DNA from: an uncultured Prochlorococcus sp.
GTDB lineage: Bacteria > Cyanobacteriota > Cyanobacteriia > PCC-6307 > Cyanobiaceae
Direction of reading: 5' to 3'
Assembly: GCA_902634515.1 (NCBI GenBank)
Contig: CACPKH010000003.1
Location: 6,627-70,626 of the forward strand
DNA length: 64,000 bases
Shown here: in pieces, positions 10,167 to 21,607 of the stretch
Layout: each line of letters opens with the position of its first letter
Position numbering within the stretch: position 1 is the stretch's first letter
Notes under the pieces: model-generated
What the model was told of the DNA's origin: nothing
The model's input: the letters and a program-made list of their open reading frames with translations, nothing else
Databases searched by the model: none
Program-made: the position numbers and the translations under genes

Positions 10167-12089
10167 TTAGGGATGGAAATATTTCCAGATATCAATGGCT
10201 GTTTCATTCCCAATGCCCTCTACCTGACTAATATCTTCTATTGAAGCTAATTGAATAGCTTGTATAGAATTAAAGTGTGTTAAAAGAGATTTAATCCTTT
10301 TAGGTCCAACTCCTGGAATCTCTATCAAATAAGACCTTTTCATAGCTACATTACGTTTCTTCCTATGGAAACTTAGGGCAAATCTATGAGCTTCATCTCT
10401 TAACCTGCGAAGCAACAATAAACCCAATTGATCCTTATCTGTATCAAGAGGGTGGTTGTAACCAGGTACAAAGATCTTTTCTTGTTTCTTGGCCAATGAA
10501 CAAATATTTAGTTCATTATCTAATCCCATTTTTTTTAAAGTCTTCATTACAGCGTTAAGTTGCCCTTTACCTCCGTCTATCATTACCAAATCAGGCCAAT
10601 CAGAATAATTGATAGGGTCTAATGTTCCAAATTGTTTTTTTGATATCTTTTGAATATCAAGACCATTTCTTTTATATTCAGACCATCGTTTAAAACGTCT
10701 TTCTATAACCTCACTCAGTGCTAAATAATCATCACTGTGTCCAATGGTAATAGATTCATCTTTTATAGAATATCTACGGTAATGTTGCTTAGCTGGAATA
10801 CCTTGTATAAAAACAACTTGGGATCCTACAGCGTTACTTCCTTGGATGTGACTAATATCATAACCTTCTATACGTTTAGGTAGTGTACTTAATTGAAAGA
10901 TCTGAGCCAGATCCTCTATTTCCAAAACATTTCTTTCTTGACCTTGTTTAACTCTCCTTAACTCAATTTCTGCATTTCTTTCGACTAATGCAATAAGCTC
11001 TGCTTTATCTTTTCTCTTAGGATTAAGAAATTTAATTTTCTTATTTTTTAATTTTGAGATGAATGAACATAAATAATCAATCCTGGGAGATTCAAATGGT
11101 ATTAAGATTTCTGGAGGTATTTCAACAGAATCTAGTGTAATGTAATGTTCTTCTATTACTTTTTCTATAATCATATCTTTATCGATATTTATTGAGTCAT
11201 AAAAATAACCTAATCTTCCAACAAGCCTTCCTGCTCGCATTTGGAAAATCTGGACACTACATAATCCATCTTCTAAGAAGAGATTAATGACATCTCTAGA
11301 AATAGATGAATCTGGTAATGTCATCTTCTGAGACTCACCTAATCTATCTAATGCTTTTATCTGATCTCTTACAATACCTGCTTTTTCATATTCTTGATTA
11401 GTTGAATAGAGTATCATCAGATCATTTAAGTTATGAGTCAAGGCTTGTGGTCGGCCTTGAAAAATCATTGCTATATTAGTTAGTGTTTCTTTGTATTTCT
11501 CAGATGTAATTAACTTTTGGCATACACCAGGACACATTCCAATATCATAGTTCAAGCAGGTTCTATCCTTATATAAGGGAATAGGTCTTTGCCTAACAGG
11601 GAAATGTTTTTTTACTAGAGCTAAAGTTGTTCGTAATAACGCTACATCAACAAATGGTCCGTAATATTTGTCATTAGGATCTCTTGAACGTCTTTTTCTA
11701 GTTATAAAGATTCGTGGATATTCGTCGCTCCAAGTAACACACAAATATGGATACTTCTTGTCATCCTTTAATAGTATGTTGAAATATGGTTGTTTAGTCT
11801 TAATAAGATTTGATTCAAGAGTTAAAGCTTCGCTTTCATTATCAGTGATAATTACTTCTATATCATAAATTTGCATAACCATTAAAAGTATTCTAGGTGA
11901 TAATTCACTTTTAGGATTAAAATAACTTCTAACTCGAGTTCGAATATTCTTAGATTTTCCAACATATAAGAGGTTGTTATCCTTATCCTTAAATAAATAA
12001 CATCCAGAGGTAATTGGTAAGACCTGAATTAAGGCTTTTAGTCTTCCTTTAACTGATTTTATAGTTTCCAGCTTAGTTGGCTTTTCCAA
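10167..12089 (-). CDS. uvrC: Excinuclease ABC subunit C
   Basis: 640 aa. N-terminal GIY-YIG motif (GCYLFKD...LLYVGKSKNIRTRVRSY), a UvrBC domain and C-terminal helix-hairpin-helix motifs (IPGVGPKR). Confidence 0.95.
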   Translation of the reverse strand: MEKPTKLETIKSVKGRLKALIQVLPITSGCYLFKDKDNNLLYVGKSKNIRTRVRSYFNPKSELSPRILLMVMQIYDIEVIITDNESEALTLESNLIKTKQPYFNILLKDDKKYPYLCVTWSDEYPRIFITRKRRSRDPNDKYYGPFVDVALLRTTLALVKKHFPVRQRPIPLYKDRTCLNYDIGMCPGVCQKLITSEKYKETLTNIAMIFQGRPQALTHNLNDLMILYSTNQEYEKAGIVRDQIKALDRLGESQKMTLPDSSISRDVINLFLEDGLCSVQIFQMRAGRLVGRLGYFYDSINIDKDMIIEKVIEEHYITLDSVEIPPEILIPFESPRIDYLCSFISKLKNKKIKFLNPKRKDKAELIALVERNAEIELRRVKQGQERNVLEIEDLAQIFQLSTLPKRIEGYDISHIQGSNAVGSQVVFIQGIPAKQHYRRYSIKDESITIGHSDDYLALSEVIERRFKRWSEYKRNGLDIQKISKKQFGTLDPINYSDWPDLVMIDGGKGQLNAVMKTLKKMGLDNELNICSLAKKQEKIFVPGYNHPLDTDKDQLGLLLLRRLRDEAHRFALSFHRKKRNVAMKRSYLIEIPGVGPKRIKSLLTHFNSIQAIQLASIEDISQVEGIGNETAIDIWKYFHP

Positions 12090-12095
12090 GTACTA

Positions 12096-12578
12096 TCAAC
12101 CTCCATATGACCATCCAGTAGAAGAAAGGTTTAGGGCTTCTCCATCCTTATTCAAATGGGCAAATTTGACTTCAGCTACAAAAACTGAATGATCACCTTT
12201 TTCAACGCTACCTACTAGTTCACATTCAAGTCCACCAATTGAATCCTCCAAAATAGGCATCCCAATATTTCCAAAACGATAATTTGTAGATTCAAATCTA
12301 CCGCCGAGACCTTTTTGAGGTTTAAAGAACACAGCGGCTAATTCCTTTTGATCTTCTCTTAGGACATTTAATGAAAACTTCTCTGTTCTCTTAATTATCC
12401 CATGACTAGACCCTTCAGATCTAACTGCCATGACGACTAATGGAGGGGTAAATGAGCCTTGGGTAACCCAACTAGCTGTAAAACCATTTATTTCATCGTT
12501 TTCTCTTACAGCGCAGATGAAAAGACCATGAGGTATCTTTCTCAAAAGAAGTTTTTTTGCTTCAAGATCAAGTGTCAT
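12096..12578 (-). CDS. Flavin reductase-like domain protein
   Basis: 160 aa. Flavin reductase-like FMN-binding fold pattern (GFTASWVTQGSFTPPLVVMAV). Confidence 0.65.
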   Translation of the reverse strand: MTLDLEAKKLLLRKIPHGLFICAVRENDEINGFTASWVTQGSFTPPLVVMAVRSEGSSHGIIKRTEKFSLNVLREDQKELAAVFFKPQKGLGGRFESTNYRFGNIGMPILEDSIGGLECELVGSVEKGDHSVFVAEVKFAHLNKDGEALNLSSTGWSYGG

Positions 12579-12647
12579 AGCTATTTTAAATAGACCAACT
12601 TTAATAAACTATCAATGCATAAGATTAAATTTAACTAAATTTTTGGA

Positions 12648-13136
12648 ATGAAAGCTTTATATCCGGGAAGTTTTGATCCCTTGACACTTGGGCACCTCGA
12701 TCTGATAAGGAGAGGGCATGAACTATTTGGAGAAATAGTCATTGCAGTTTTAGAGAATCCAACAAAGGTTCCCTCTTTCTCATTAAAAAGACGAATTTAT
12801 CAAATAGAACAAGCGACAAAGGAAATACCAGGGGTTGAAGTAACAAGCTTTAAAGGATTAACCGTTGAATGTGCAAAAAGTCACAAAGCAAAATTAATTC
12901 TTAGGGGATTAAGAGCAATGAGTGATTTTGAATATGAATTACAAATAGCCCATACAAATAGATCTCTTAATCAAAATATGGAAACTGTTTTCCTAGCAAC
13001 CGAAACACATCATAGTTTTCTTAGTAGTTCAGTTGTAAAAGAAGTAGCTAGATTTGGAGGGAAGATAAGTCACATGGTTCCTGATTTAGTTGCTAAGGAC
13101 CTATATAACCTTTATCAAGAAAATAATAAAGTCTAA
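12648..13136 (+). CDS. coaD: Phosphopantetheine adenylyltransferase
   Basis: 162 aa. Starts [16 protein letters not shown] (nucleotidyltransferase T/HxGH motif) and continues with the conserved LRGLRAxSDFEYE block. Confidence 0.9.
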   Translation: MKALYPGSFDPLTLGHLDLIRRGHELFGEIVIAVLENPTKVPSFSLKRRIYQIEQATKEIPGVEVTSFKGLTVECAKSHKAKLILRGLRAMSDFEYELQIAHTNRSLNQNMETVFLATETHHSFLSSSVVKEVARFGGKISHMVPDLVAKDLYNLYQENNKV

Positions 13137-14380
13137 TTACATTGATCTGAATGATAAATCGTTTTCAGTATTCTTGAATATTTTGAGTTTACCTCCTTTG
13201 GTCCATTACTTATAATACTTACATATTTGAATCCTTTCCTAGTATTTAGGTATCCAGATAATGCTCTGACACCACTCAAAGTTCCAGTTTTTCCAAAAAA
13301 ATTAGCCTCAAGTTCTTTTTCATAACTAATATCTCTTAATGTGCCTCTCAAACCTAAAATAGATAAAGAAGATATGTAATAGTTACTGTATCTATGTTTA
13401 TGCATAATAAATAACAAATTAGATAATGTATTTGTGGTAATTAGATTAAAACGGGACAATCCACTAGCATCGTCAATTATTATTTTTTCAGAAGGTAGAC
13501 GAAGATTCGAAATGAAGTCAGCTAAGGAATCTGATGAAGTATTAGTGCTCCAATTATTAGCTGAAGCTCTTAATAAAACTTCTGAAGTAAAATTATGACT
13601 CTCTGAATTAGATAAGCCAATCAAGGCATATAATGGTGAAGATTTAATAGTTTTTAAAGGATAACCTAGTTTGTTAGAATTAAAAGAAGAGAAAGGTTCT
13701 CTTGTAATCTTGATATCTTGTGAACTGATCTTATCTTTTAATAATTCTTTTTGTATAATCCTAATAAAATTAAATAAAGGGCTTTGAAAAGAATATTCTT
13801 CAGCATTACTTGTTAAGGCTAGCCTTGTAATGGGTGCTCCATATGCTTCTTTTCTATCATCAAAAGACCAATTTTTATTCCACCATTGAGTGATTGGTAC
13901 TTCATAAAGTACTACTTTAATAGTAGAAATATTATTATTAATTGAATGTTGAATAATAGAACTAGATAAATTAGAAAGATCAGAATAACTTAAATCTGGA
14001 TCGCCTTCTCCTACTATTTTATAATAACCTTTAGGATCATAATAAAGTTTAGTTCTTAATTGATGAAAAGGTCCTAATTTATCAAGAGCATACGCTGTAG
14101 TAAGAAGTTTTTGGTTAGAAGCTGGTATCCTGGGTGTTTTACCATTTATTTCAGCAATTAATTGACCCTTTTCATTTAAAACAGATATACTCCATCCTTT
14201 ATTATTAGATGTAATAACTTGATTTAATTTCTTTTCTAAGTTCTGACATATTAATTTTTCTTGCTTGAATGGATATAACTTCAGATTAAATTTTCTATAA
14301 AGAGATAGAAAGAAGTAATTATTATATCTCCAAGTAAATATTGATAGGAATATTAAAGTTAAAGCATAATATCTTTTCAT
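13133..14380 (-). CDS. dacB: D-alanyl-D-alanine carboxypeptidase/endopeptidase (PBP4 family)
   Basis: 415 aa. N-terminal hydrophobic anchor, SxxK motif (ASNQK) and KTG motif (GKTGTLSG). Its stop overlaps the coaD stop convergently. Confidence 0.7.
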   Translation of the reverse strand: MKRYYALTLIFLSIFTWRYNNYFFLSLYRKFNLKLYPFKQEKLICQNLEKKLNQVITSNNKGWSISVLNEKGQLIAEINGKTPRIPASNQKLLTTAYALDKLGPFHQLRTKLYYDPKGYYKIVGEGDPDLSYSDLSNLSSSIIQHSINNNISTIKVVLYEVPITQWWNKNWSFDDRKEAYGAPITRLALTSNAEEYSFQSPLFNFIRIIQKELLKDKISSQDIKITREPFSSFNSNKLGYPLKTIKSSPLYALIGLSNSESHNFTSEVLLRASANNWSTNTSSDSLADFISNLRLPSEKIIIDDASGLSRFNLITTNTLSNLLFIMHKHRYSNYYISSLSILGLRGTLRDISYEKELEANFFGKTGTLSGVRALSGYLNTRKGFKYVSIISNGPKEVNSKYSRILKTIYHSDQCN

Positions 14381-14391
14381 AACAAAGTAAA

Positions 14392-15018
14392 TTATATATA
14401 ACTACTAATCAATGTATCATCTGGTCTACTCTCAAAGGAATGAATAAATTTATATCCTTCTGAAGAATAAGCATATAATTGCCAATTGTTATAATAGTCA
14501 TACAATATTGCGCCTTTTTGAATAGGCTCAAGCCAATAAGCGACTTTCCAAGATTTAATAAATTTAGCTCTTCGATCTCTACCTACACTTCCTATGCCCA
14601 CAGCAGCATCTTCTAATTTACCATTAAACATAATTTGTTTACTATTATAAGTAGTTGATAGTTGATAAAATTCCTCATAATTATATGGTTGAGGAGCTAC
14701 AGCAATTAATGTTGATGTAGAATTCAATATTTGATTAGAGTTTATAATATCTTTATAAGTAAAGATGTTTTTTGAAAGATTAGGATGATCTCTTTTGTTA
14801 AGAGCTGCTGATCCAAAGTCAGAGAAAGCAAGAATAGTCTCTATCCCTTTTTCATTAAGTTTATTGGCAAGTCTAATAACTAAAGGTTCTACTTTTAAAC
14901 CTTCAAATCTTAATGACACTGAAAATCTTGAATTATCCTTAGAATCTAAGTTCTTTTCTAAAGAATTAAAAAGTTGCTCTTCAGCTTCTTTTAGATCTGA
15001 TGGTAGGGCAAGGTTCAT
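14392..15018 (-). CDS. Conserved cyanobacterial/plastid-type hypothetical protein (DUF1995-like)
   Basis: 208 aa soluble ORF. The N-terminal LPSDLKEAEEQ and RFSVSLRFEGLK pattern resembles DUF1995. Assigned from memory of the family only. Confidence 0.45.
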   Translation of the reverse strand: MNLALPSDLKEAEEQLFNSLEKNLDSKDNSRFSVSLRFEGLKVEPLVIRLANKLNEKGIETILAFSDFGSAALNKRDHPNLSKNIFTYKDIINSNQILNSTSTLIAVAPQPYNYEEFYQLSTTYNSKQIMFNGKLEDAAVGIGSVGRDRRAKFIKSWKVAYWLEPIQKGAILYDYYNNWQLYAYSSEGYKFIHSFESRPDDTLISSYI

Positions 15019-15020
15019 GC

Positions 15021-16244
15021 TTAGAGGTTATAGAAATAAGAAAAAGTTTTTTTAAACCTAGATACAATAATATCAATATCTTCTGGGAATATCCATTCAC
15101 CAATACTTATGCGAACACAAGAATTTCTATATCTTTTTTCAATTCCTATGGCCTCAAGGACATAGCTTTCAGATGTATTACTAAAGCCACAAGCTGTACC
15201 TGTACTTATACTAATTCCTTCCCTAGAAAGATGCCTAACAAATTCTCGAGCTGGGATAGGGTTGCAATTCCGATCCTTTAATAGGATTGAAATATGATGA
15301 GGAAGTCTACATTTAGGATGTCCTATTAGCTCTATACCGGGTATATCAAACAATTGAGATTTAATAGTTTCCGTAAGTGCGGAAACTTTAGTAGGTGGAA
15401 ATAAAAGCTCTTTTTCTTTAAATTTAATGAGGCAACTTAGTTTATCAAATGCAATTGCCATACCAGACACAAGGGCTACTGGAGTAGTCCCAGATTTATA
15501 GTATATTTTATTAAATAAATTTTCTTTAGGTAGATTCTGGTTAACATATTTTTTATTTGCTATAAGAATACCAACTCCTTTTGGTCCTCTAAACTTATGA
15601 GCGGAAAGAGAGATAAAATCAAAATAAAGTTTATCTAGCTCTAAGATTCCCTGAGAAAATATTTGAGTTGCATCAATATGAAGCTTAATATTACGTTTAC
15701 TACATAGTTCTGATATAAATTTAATTGGCTGAATACTCCCTATTTCACTTTGCCCCCAAATTATAGAAGCAAATATTGTAGGTGGTTGAAGTAATTTATC
15801 TATGATGTCTAATTCAATTAGACCAAATTTATCTACAGGTATTTGAGTTAATTTCAAATCTGATTTAGTGAAGATATTACAAACTTCTAACACAGCAGGA
15901 TGTTCGACAGAACTTACAAGAAATCTACCTTGTGTAGAAAGTCTTAAAAACTCTTCAAAGGCTATTTGAATTGAATGGGTAGCTCCATTAGTAAATAATA
16001 TTTGATTAGTGTCTAAAACTAATTTATTTGCTATTGAGATTCTTGATTTCTCTAAGATATTTGCTGCTAAGATTCCATGTGAATGAATACTTGAAGAATT
16101 TGCCCAGCAAGATCTTTGTACCTTAGAAATTTCATTTATAACAGATTCTAATGGAGGTGTAGTAGAACATGCGTCTAGAAATAAATTATCTGTAATTTTA
16201 TTTTCCATATATATATTGAGATGAGACTTCACCAGTAAATACAT
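15021..16244 (-). CDS. Class V aminotransferase / cysteine desulfurase (NifS/IscS-like)
   Basis: 407 aa. PLP-lysine motif SAHKFRGPKGVG and a conserved Cys loop STGTACG. The real start may be the internal MENK (near 16208), because the annotated start overlaps dapF by 47 nt. Confidence 0.8.
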   Translation of the reverse strand: MYLLVKSHLNIYMENKITDNLFLDACSTTPPLESVINEISKVQRSCWANSSSIHSHGILAANILEKSRISIANKLVLDTNQILFTNGATHSIQIAFEEFLRLSTQGRFLVSSVEHPAVLEVCNIFTKSDLKLTQIPVDKFGLIELDIIDKLLQPPTIFASIIWGQSEIGSIQPIKFISELCSKRNIKLHIDATQIFSQGILELDKLYFDFISLSAHKFRGPKGVGILIANKKYVNQNLPKENLFNKIYYKSGTTPVALVSGMAIAFDKLSCLIKFKEKELLFPPTKVSALTETIKSQLFDIPGIELIGHPKCRLPHHISILLKDRNCNPIPAREFVRHLSREGISISTGTACGFSNTSESYVLEAIGIEKRYRNSCVRISIGEWIFPEDIDIIVSRFKKTFSYFYNL

Positions 16245-17067
16245 GATTTGCAGGTCCAGTCATAAAAATACTTCCAGATTTATTAGGCCAGGAGACAAAC
16301 AAGTTTCCTCCTGGTAATTTAATATTAGCTTCTGAATCAGATATACCGAGTAAAGAAAGAATGGCTAAAGTTGCACAAGCTCCTGTTCCACATGCAAGGG
16401 TAGGTCCACATCCTCTTTCCCAAACTAATATCTCTATTAGTTTCTTATTATGAACCTTAGCAAAATGAACATTAGTACTTAACGGAAAAGAAGGACTAGT
16501 CTCAATAAAGCTTCCCCATTCTCGAAGCTTTACATCCTTAAGATCTTCTAAAATAATTACAGCATGTGGGTTTCCCATACCTGCAGAAAATATTTTATAA
16601 CTATGATTTTCCAGAATGATATTACCAGTAGGAATATTATTAGAACTACAAGATAATGTAGTTGGAATTAATTCTGGTTTAAAAATAGGTTTACCCATGT
16701 TAACTTCAACATCATTCCCTCTAATTCTGGCTGTTATTTTTCCTGCTAATGTTTCTATATTAAGTTGATCTTTTTGTATTGGTAGGTTTAGATCTTTAAT
16801 AAATTTGACGAGGCACCTTATTCCATTCCCACACATTTCACCTTCGGTACCATCTGAATTATAGTACTTCATCTTATAGTCATATAAAGATGAAGGTAAG
16901 GCAACTATAAGGCCATCACTTCCAATTCCAAAATTTCTATTGCATAATTCACTTATTTGGCTTTTACTAAAATTGATGTTATTTAAATTTGTATTATCTT
17001 GTACACCATCAATTATAACAAAATCATTTCCTAATCCCTCATATTTTTTGAATTTTAGATTATTCAT
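16198..17067 (-). CDS. dapF: Diaminopimelate epimerase
   Basis: 289 aa. Both catalytic Cys motifs are present (NSDGTEGEMCGNGIRC and CGTGACA). Confidence 0.9.
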   Translation of the reverse strand: MNNLKFKKYEGLGNDFVIIDGVQDNTNLNNINFSKSQISELCNRNFGIGSDGLIVALPSSLYDYKMKYYNSDGTEGEMCGNGIRCLVKFIKDLNLPIQKDQLNIETLAGKITARIRGNDVEVNMGKPIFKPELIPTTLSCSSNNIPTGNIILENHSYKIFSAGMGNPHAVIILEDLKDVKLREWGSFIETSPSFPLSTNVHFAKVHNKKLIEILVWERGCGPTLACGTGACATLAILSLLGISDSEANIKLPGGNLFVSWPNKSGSIFMTGPANHVFTGEVSSQYIYGK

Positions 17068-17198
17068 TTTTTTTTTAAAACAAAAACTACTTAAAATAAG
17101 TCAACCTATCCAAATGTGTTATAGATTAAGTTGATGTTCATTTACATACCATATAGCCTAGCTGGTATGAAACCAACATTTCATCTAAATCTAATAAA

Positions 17199-19823
17199 GT
17201 GATAAATTCTTCAGCAAAGAATTCAAAAGATGATAGTTTTTCTGAGATTTATAATCCTCAGTTAATAGAGGAGAAGTGGCAAAAGGCTTGGGAGATCCAA
17301 AAGCTATATCTGACAGAAAAGCCTAATAATAAACAAAAAACCTTTTATGCCTTATCAATGTTTCCCTATCCATCAGGAAACCTTCATATGGGCCATGTAA
17401 GGAACTATGTAATAACAGATGTAATTGCTAGATATCATCGTATGAAGGGTTTTACTGTATTGCACCCAATGGGATGGGATGCATTTGGTTTGCCAGCTGA
17501 GAACGCAGCTATAGAAAGAGGAATAGCTCCCCACATATGGACTAATAAAAATATCCAGGATATGAAATCTCAGCTAAGCAAACTTGGTTTATCGGTAGAT
17601 TGGGAAAGAGAGCTAACAACCTCGTCTTCTGATTACTATAAATGGACTCAATATATATTTCTTGAACTATTCAATTCTGGATTAGCATATCAGAAATCAG
17701 CAACTGTTAATTGGGATCCAATTGACCAAACAGTCTTAGCAAATGAGCAAGTTGATATAAATGGAAATTCCTGGAGATCTGGGGCTAAAGTTGAGAAAAG
17801 AAAATTAAAGCAATGGTTCCTCAAAATAACTGAATATGCTGAAACTTTATTAAAAGATTTAGATGAATTACCAGGATGGCCAGAAAGAGTTAGGACTATG
17901 CAAGCTAATTGGATAGGTAAATCTGTCGGAGCAGAAATTACCTTTAAATTAAAAGGTAATCCAAAAAAGCAAATAACTGTATTTACTACAAGGCCAGATA
18001 CTTTATTAGGAGTTTCTTATTTAGTTCTAGCTCCGGAAAATGATATTGTAGATGAAATAATAGATGAAAATTTAAAAGAAAAGTTAAAGAGATTCAGAGA
18101 TAAACTAAAAGATGTTTCTGATATAGATAGAACAAAAGATAGCAACGAAATAAATGGCATCTTTATAGGAGCCGAGGCAATCAATCCTCTGAACAATGAT
18201 GTTTTGCCTATATGGGTTGCAGACTATGTCTTGGAGGGATATGGGACAGGAGCTGTAATGGGAGTTCCTGCTCATGACCAAAGAGATTTGAGATTTGCAA
18301 AGAAATACAAACTTAATATCAAACAAGTTATCTCAAGTATCAAGGGAGATAAGTCCCAAGTTTTAGATCAAGCATATGTTGATGCTGGATATATGATTAA
18401 CTCTGATACATATAATGATTTAGAATCAGATATCTTTTTAAAAAAAGTAATAGAAATAGGAACAAATAGTGGATGGTGTGATAAGAAAGTAAAATACAAG
18501 CTAAGAGATTGGTTAATATCAAGACAAAGATATTGGGGTTGCCCTATACCCATAATTCATTGTAAAAAATGTGGATCAGTACCAGTCGAAATAAATAGTT
18601 TACCAGTTGAATTGCCAGATGACATAAATTTATCAGGCAAAGGGGAATCACCTCTTGCAACAAATGAAAACTGGTTCAAAACAACATGTCATATATGTAA
18701 AGGTGAGGCTCGTAAAGAAACAGATACAATGGATACATTTATGTGTTCATCGTGGTATTTCCTAAGGTTTTCACAAAACTCAAATTCCGAAAATCCATTT
18801 TTAAAAAATGAAATAGAAAAATGGTTGCCAGTAGATCAGTATGTAGGAGGAATAGAGCATGCAATACTACATCTTCTTTATGCAAGATTTATCACTAAAG
18901 CGCTAAGAAATAAAGGTTTATTTGATATAAACGAACCATTTGATAAGTTACTTACTCAAGGGATGGTGCAAGGTATAACATACAAAAACACAAAAACAAA
19001 TAAGTATATTCATAATAACGAGATTGTAGATAAGAAAAATCCAATTGATCCAGATACTGGGGATAAATTAGATATCTTATATGAAAAAATGTCTAAGTCA
19101 AAATATAATGGTGTAGAACCTTCCCTAGTAATTAACAAGTTTGGTGCTGATACAGCTAGGATGTTTATTTTGTTTAAAGCCCCTCCAGAAAAAGACCTCG
19201 AATGGGATGATGCTGATGTTGAAGGACAATATAGGTTTATTCAAAGACTCTGGAAATTAATTAATAGATTCACTAATAGCATCGATTTGTCTATCAATTT
19301 TGAAGAAAGATTTAAAGAAATTAAAGATCTTAATAATGAAGAAAAGCTTGTAAGAAGATCAATACACCAAGCTATTAAAGAAATCACAGATGATCTAGAT
19401 AATGGTAATCAATTTAATACAGCCATTTCAGAACTAATGAAACTAACTAATGTTTTGAACGAAAAGCTTTCTAATTGCAGATTAGATATTGTAGCAGAAT
19501 CACTGAATATTTTAATAAAGCTATTATCTCCATTTGCGCCTCATATTTCAGAAGAATTTTGGGATAGGCTTAATGGAGATTCAAGTATTCATAAACAATC
19601 ATGGCCAATATATAGTCCAGAAGCACTAGTTACTGAATCCTATCAAATGGTTATTCAAGTAAACGGTAAGTTCAGAGGTAATATTACTATTGATAACAAC
19701 TTGCAAGATGCTGAAATCAAGCAGAAGTGCTTAGATACAGAAGTAGTTAAGAAATGGTTAGGTGAGAATAAGCCAAAAAGAATAATCTTAGTTAAAGGTA
19801 AAATAATTAATATTGTCTTTTAA
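17199..19823 (+). CDS. leuS: Leucyl-tRNA synthetase
   Basis: 874 aa. Class I HIGH-type motif (NLHMGHVRNY) and the KMSKS motif. GTG start. Confidence 0.95.
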   Translation: MINSSAKNSKDDSFSEIYNPQLIEEKWQKAWEIQKLYLTEKPNNKQKTFYALSMFPYPSGNLHMGHVRNYVITDVIARYHRMKGFTVLHPMGWDAFGLPAENAAIERGIAPHIWTNKNIQDMKSQLSKLGLSVDWERELTTSSSDYYKWTQYIFLELFNSGLAYQKSATVNWDPIDQTVLANEQVDINGNSWRSGAKVEKRKLKQWFLKITEYAETLLKDLDELPGWPERVRTMQANWIGKSVGAEITFKLKGNPKKQITVFTTRPDTLLGVSYLVLAPENDIVDEIIDENLKEKLKRFRDKLKDVSDIDRTKDSNEINGIFIGAEAINPLNNDVLPIWVADYVLEGYGTGAVMGVPAHDQRDLRFAKKYKLNIKQVISSIKGDKSQVLDQAYVDAGYMINSDTYNDLESDIFLKKVIEIGTNSGWCDKKVKYKLRDWLISRQRYWGCPIPIIHCKKCGSVPVEINSLPVELPDDINLSGKGESPLATNENWFKTTCHICKGEARKETDTMDTFMCSSWYFLRFSQNSNSENPFLKNEIEKWLPVDQYVGGIEHAILHLLYARFITKALRNKGLFDINEPFDKLLTQGMVQGITYKNTKTNKYIHNNEIVDKKNPIDPDTGDKLDILYEKMSKSKYNGVEPSLVINKFGADTARMFILFKAPPEKDLEWDDADVEGQYRFIQRLWKLINRFTNSIDLSINFEERFKEIKDLNNEEKLVRRSIHQAIKEITDDLDNGNQFNTAISELMKLTNVLNEKLSNCRLDIVAESLNILIKLLSPFAPHISEEFWDRLNGDSSIHKQSWPIYSPEALVTESYQMVIQVNGKFRGNITIDNNLQDAEIKQKCLDTEVVKKWLGENKPKRIILVKGKIINIVF

Positions 19824-19834
19824 TTATTATATAA

Positions 19835-21442
19835 TTAATTTACCTTTCTGATAACCAAACTTTCTGGATTATTCCAATTTCCATTAACCTGAAAGTCAGT
19901 ATTGTTAAATACAATATTTCTTATAATCATAAAAGCAGATTCTCCTAATGGAATATTTAAGTTAGAAATTATTTCTGTAATTCTATATTCTTTTTTATTA
20001 GAAAGAAGTTCCTCAATTTCATTTTGTATTTCCAAAATATTAGCAGCTGCCTTTTTGCCTGCTTCAACACCAGGTTGATCATATGCATTAATATCAATTA
20101 ATTCAGCATAAAGACCTACAGTTCTTTCAAAAAGTGCAATTAAGGCACCTAAAGTTAAAGCATTAAAATCCTTTAATGTAATTGTTATATTTTGGCGATT
20201 ACTTTCACTCAATGCCAAACGCGTTCCTTGCAAGAAACCTGACAGGTAGTCTCTTGGTGATTGGTTATTAATTCCTGGTAATTCATTCTCTGAAGAAAGA
20301 ACCTCTATAAATGTAGCAAAGAAATTATCTATTCCATCTCTTAGTTGTTGAACATATGCATGTTGGTCAGTAGAACCTTTGTTTCCATAAACTGCTAATC
20401 CTTGATTTACAAGAATACCCGATCTATTATACTTTTTACCTAACGATTCCATTATTAATTGTTGTAGGTACCTGCTAAAGACTTCTAAGCTGTCGCTATA
20501 TGGAAGTATAACCAAATCCTTTAGGCCTTTTCCCTTGCCAGCCGTAAACCATGAAGTTGCTAATAAAGCAGCAGGATTTTGATAAATATCATCTAATCTT
20601 GTATATTTGTCCATAATATTTGCTCCTTTTAGGAATTCCCTTATATCAGTTTTAATAAAAGATAGGGGTAGTAAACCAACTGCACTTGTAATGCTTGTCC
20701 TACCTCCAACCCAATCTGGAAGCTCAAATCTTTTTAACCAACCCTCCTCTTTAGCAAGATTATCCAAATTACTATCTTGCATAGTTATAGCTATAGCCCG
20801 AGATTGCCAATTATGTCCTTGAGATTCAATAAATTTCCTTGATTGCTCCATACATAGTTTAGGTTCTGGTGTCCCTCCTGACTTACTAACTACAACTACT
20901 AATGTATTTCTTATATCTTTGCCTATATTATCAAGTTTATTTTTTATTCCATTAGGATCAATATTATCTAGGAAATGAAAATTAAGTCCTATCTTATCTT
21001 TCTTTAGTGAATTAATTATTAACATTGGTCCTAAACCACTTCCACCTATGCCTATCCAGATAACATCTGTGAAAAGATTACCTTCATCTGTTTTAATATC
21101 TCCATTTAATATTGCTTTGCCAAAATCTTCTATTTGATCTATTTGATCAACAATTAAGTTAGATAATCTATCACTAGGAGCCAGGGAAGGTGACCTGAGC
21201 CAATAATGACCTACCATTCTATTCTCATCCTTGTTTGCCAATGAACCTTGTTCAAGTTGTTTCATTGACTTAAATGCTTCCGTATAAGCATTCTTTAAAG
21301 CTTTAAAGTCAGAAGCAGTAATATTCATTCTGCTTATATCGAGCCATATGCCTAGTTCATCAGAAAACCATAAAAGCTGACAAAATCGCTCCCATTGGTT
21401 ATCTGAATTAGTAAGTGAAAGATCTGGGAAGTTCATATGCAC
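19835..21442 (-). CDS. pgi: Glucose-6-phosphate isomerase
   Basis: 535 aa. SIS-domain motifs (IGIGGSGLGP, SKSGGTPE) and the GSTDQHAYVQQLRDG block. Confidence 0.95.
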   Translation of the reverse strand: MHMNFPDLSLTNSDNQWERFCQLLWFSDELGIWLDISRMNITASDFKALKNAYTEAFKSMKQLEQGSLANKDENRMVGHYWLRSPSLAPSDRLSNLIVDQIDQIEDFGKAILNGDIKTDEGNLFTDVIWIGIGGSGLGPMLIINSLKKDKIGLNFHFLDNIDPNGIKNKLDNIGKDIRNTLVVVVSKSGGTPEPKLCMEQSRKFIESQGHNWQSRAIAITMQDSNLDNLAKEEGWLKRFELPDWVGGRTSITSAVGLLPLSFIKTDIREFLKGANIMDKYTRLDDIYQNPAALLATSWFTAGKGKGLKDLVILPYSDSLEVFSRYLQQLIMESLGKKYNRSGILVNQGLAVYGNKGSTDQHAYVQQLRDGIDNFFATFIEVLSSENELPGINNQSPRDYLSGFLQGTRLALSESNRQNITITLKDFNALTLGALIALFERTVGLYAELIDINAYDQPGVEAGKKAAANILEIQNEIEELLSNKKEYRITEIISNLNIPLGESAFMIIRNIVFNNTDFQVNGNWNNPESLVIRKVN

Positions 21443-21607
21443 TCAAATCTTAAGAAGTTAAATTCATAAGTCATTACAGTATGATTGAAAAACTAGACTT
21501 TGGAAATAATAGACAATATAAAGTAATTAATATTCTGTTTGGTTAGTAATTATTGACACTGAGACAGTTTTTCTTTTTACTAACTAGGATGTATAAATCT
21601 TTTAAAA

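Noticed and set aside
13133-13136. Convergent genes with overlapping stop codons: coaD/dacB here, purN/argC at 22249..22252, and recJ/psb30-like at 34611..34614.
   Set aside because: This is a real observation, but it is best explained by the general genome streamlining typical of this lineage rather than by a specific regulatory mechanism.
17145-17169. Hairpin (CATACCA, 11-nt loop, TGGTATG) about 30 nt upstream of the leuS start, considered as a possible T-box or attenuator.
   Set aside because: It has only a 7-bp stem and no specifier-loop or T-box consensus sequence. It is too short to support a regulatory call.
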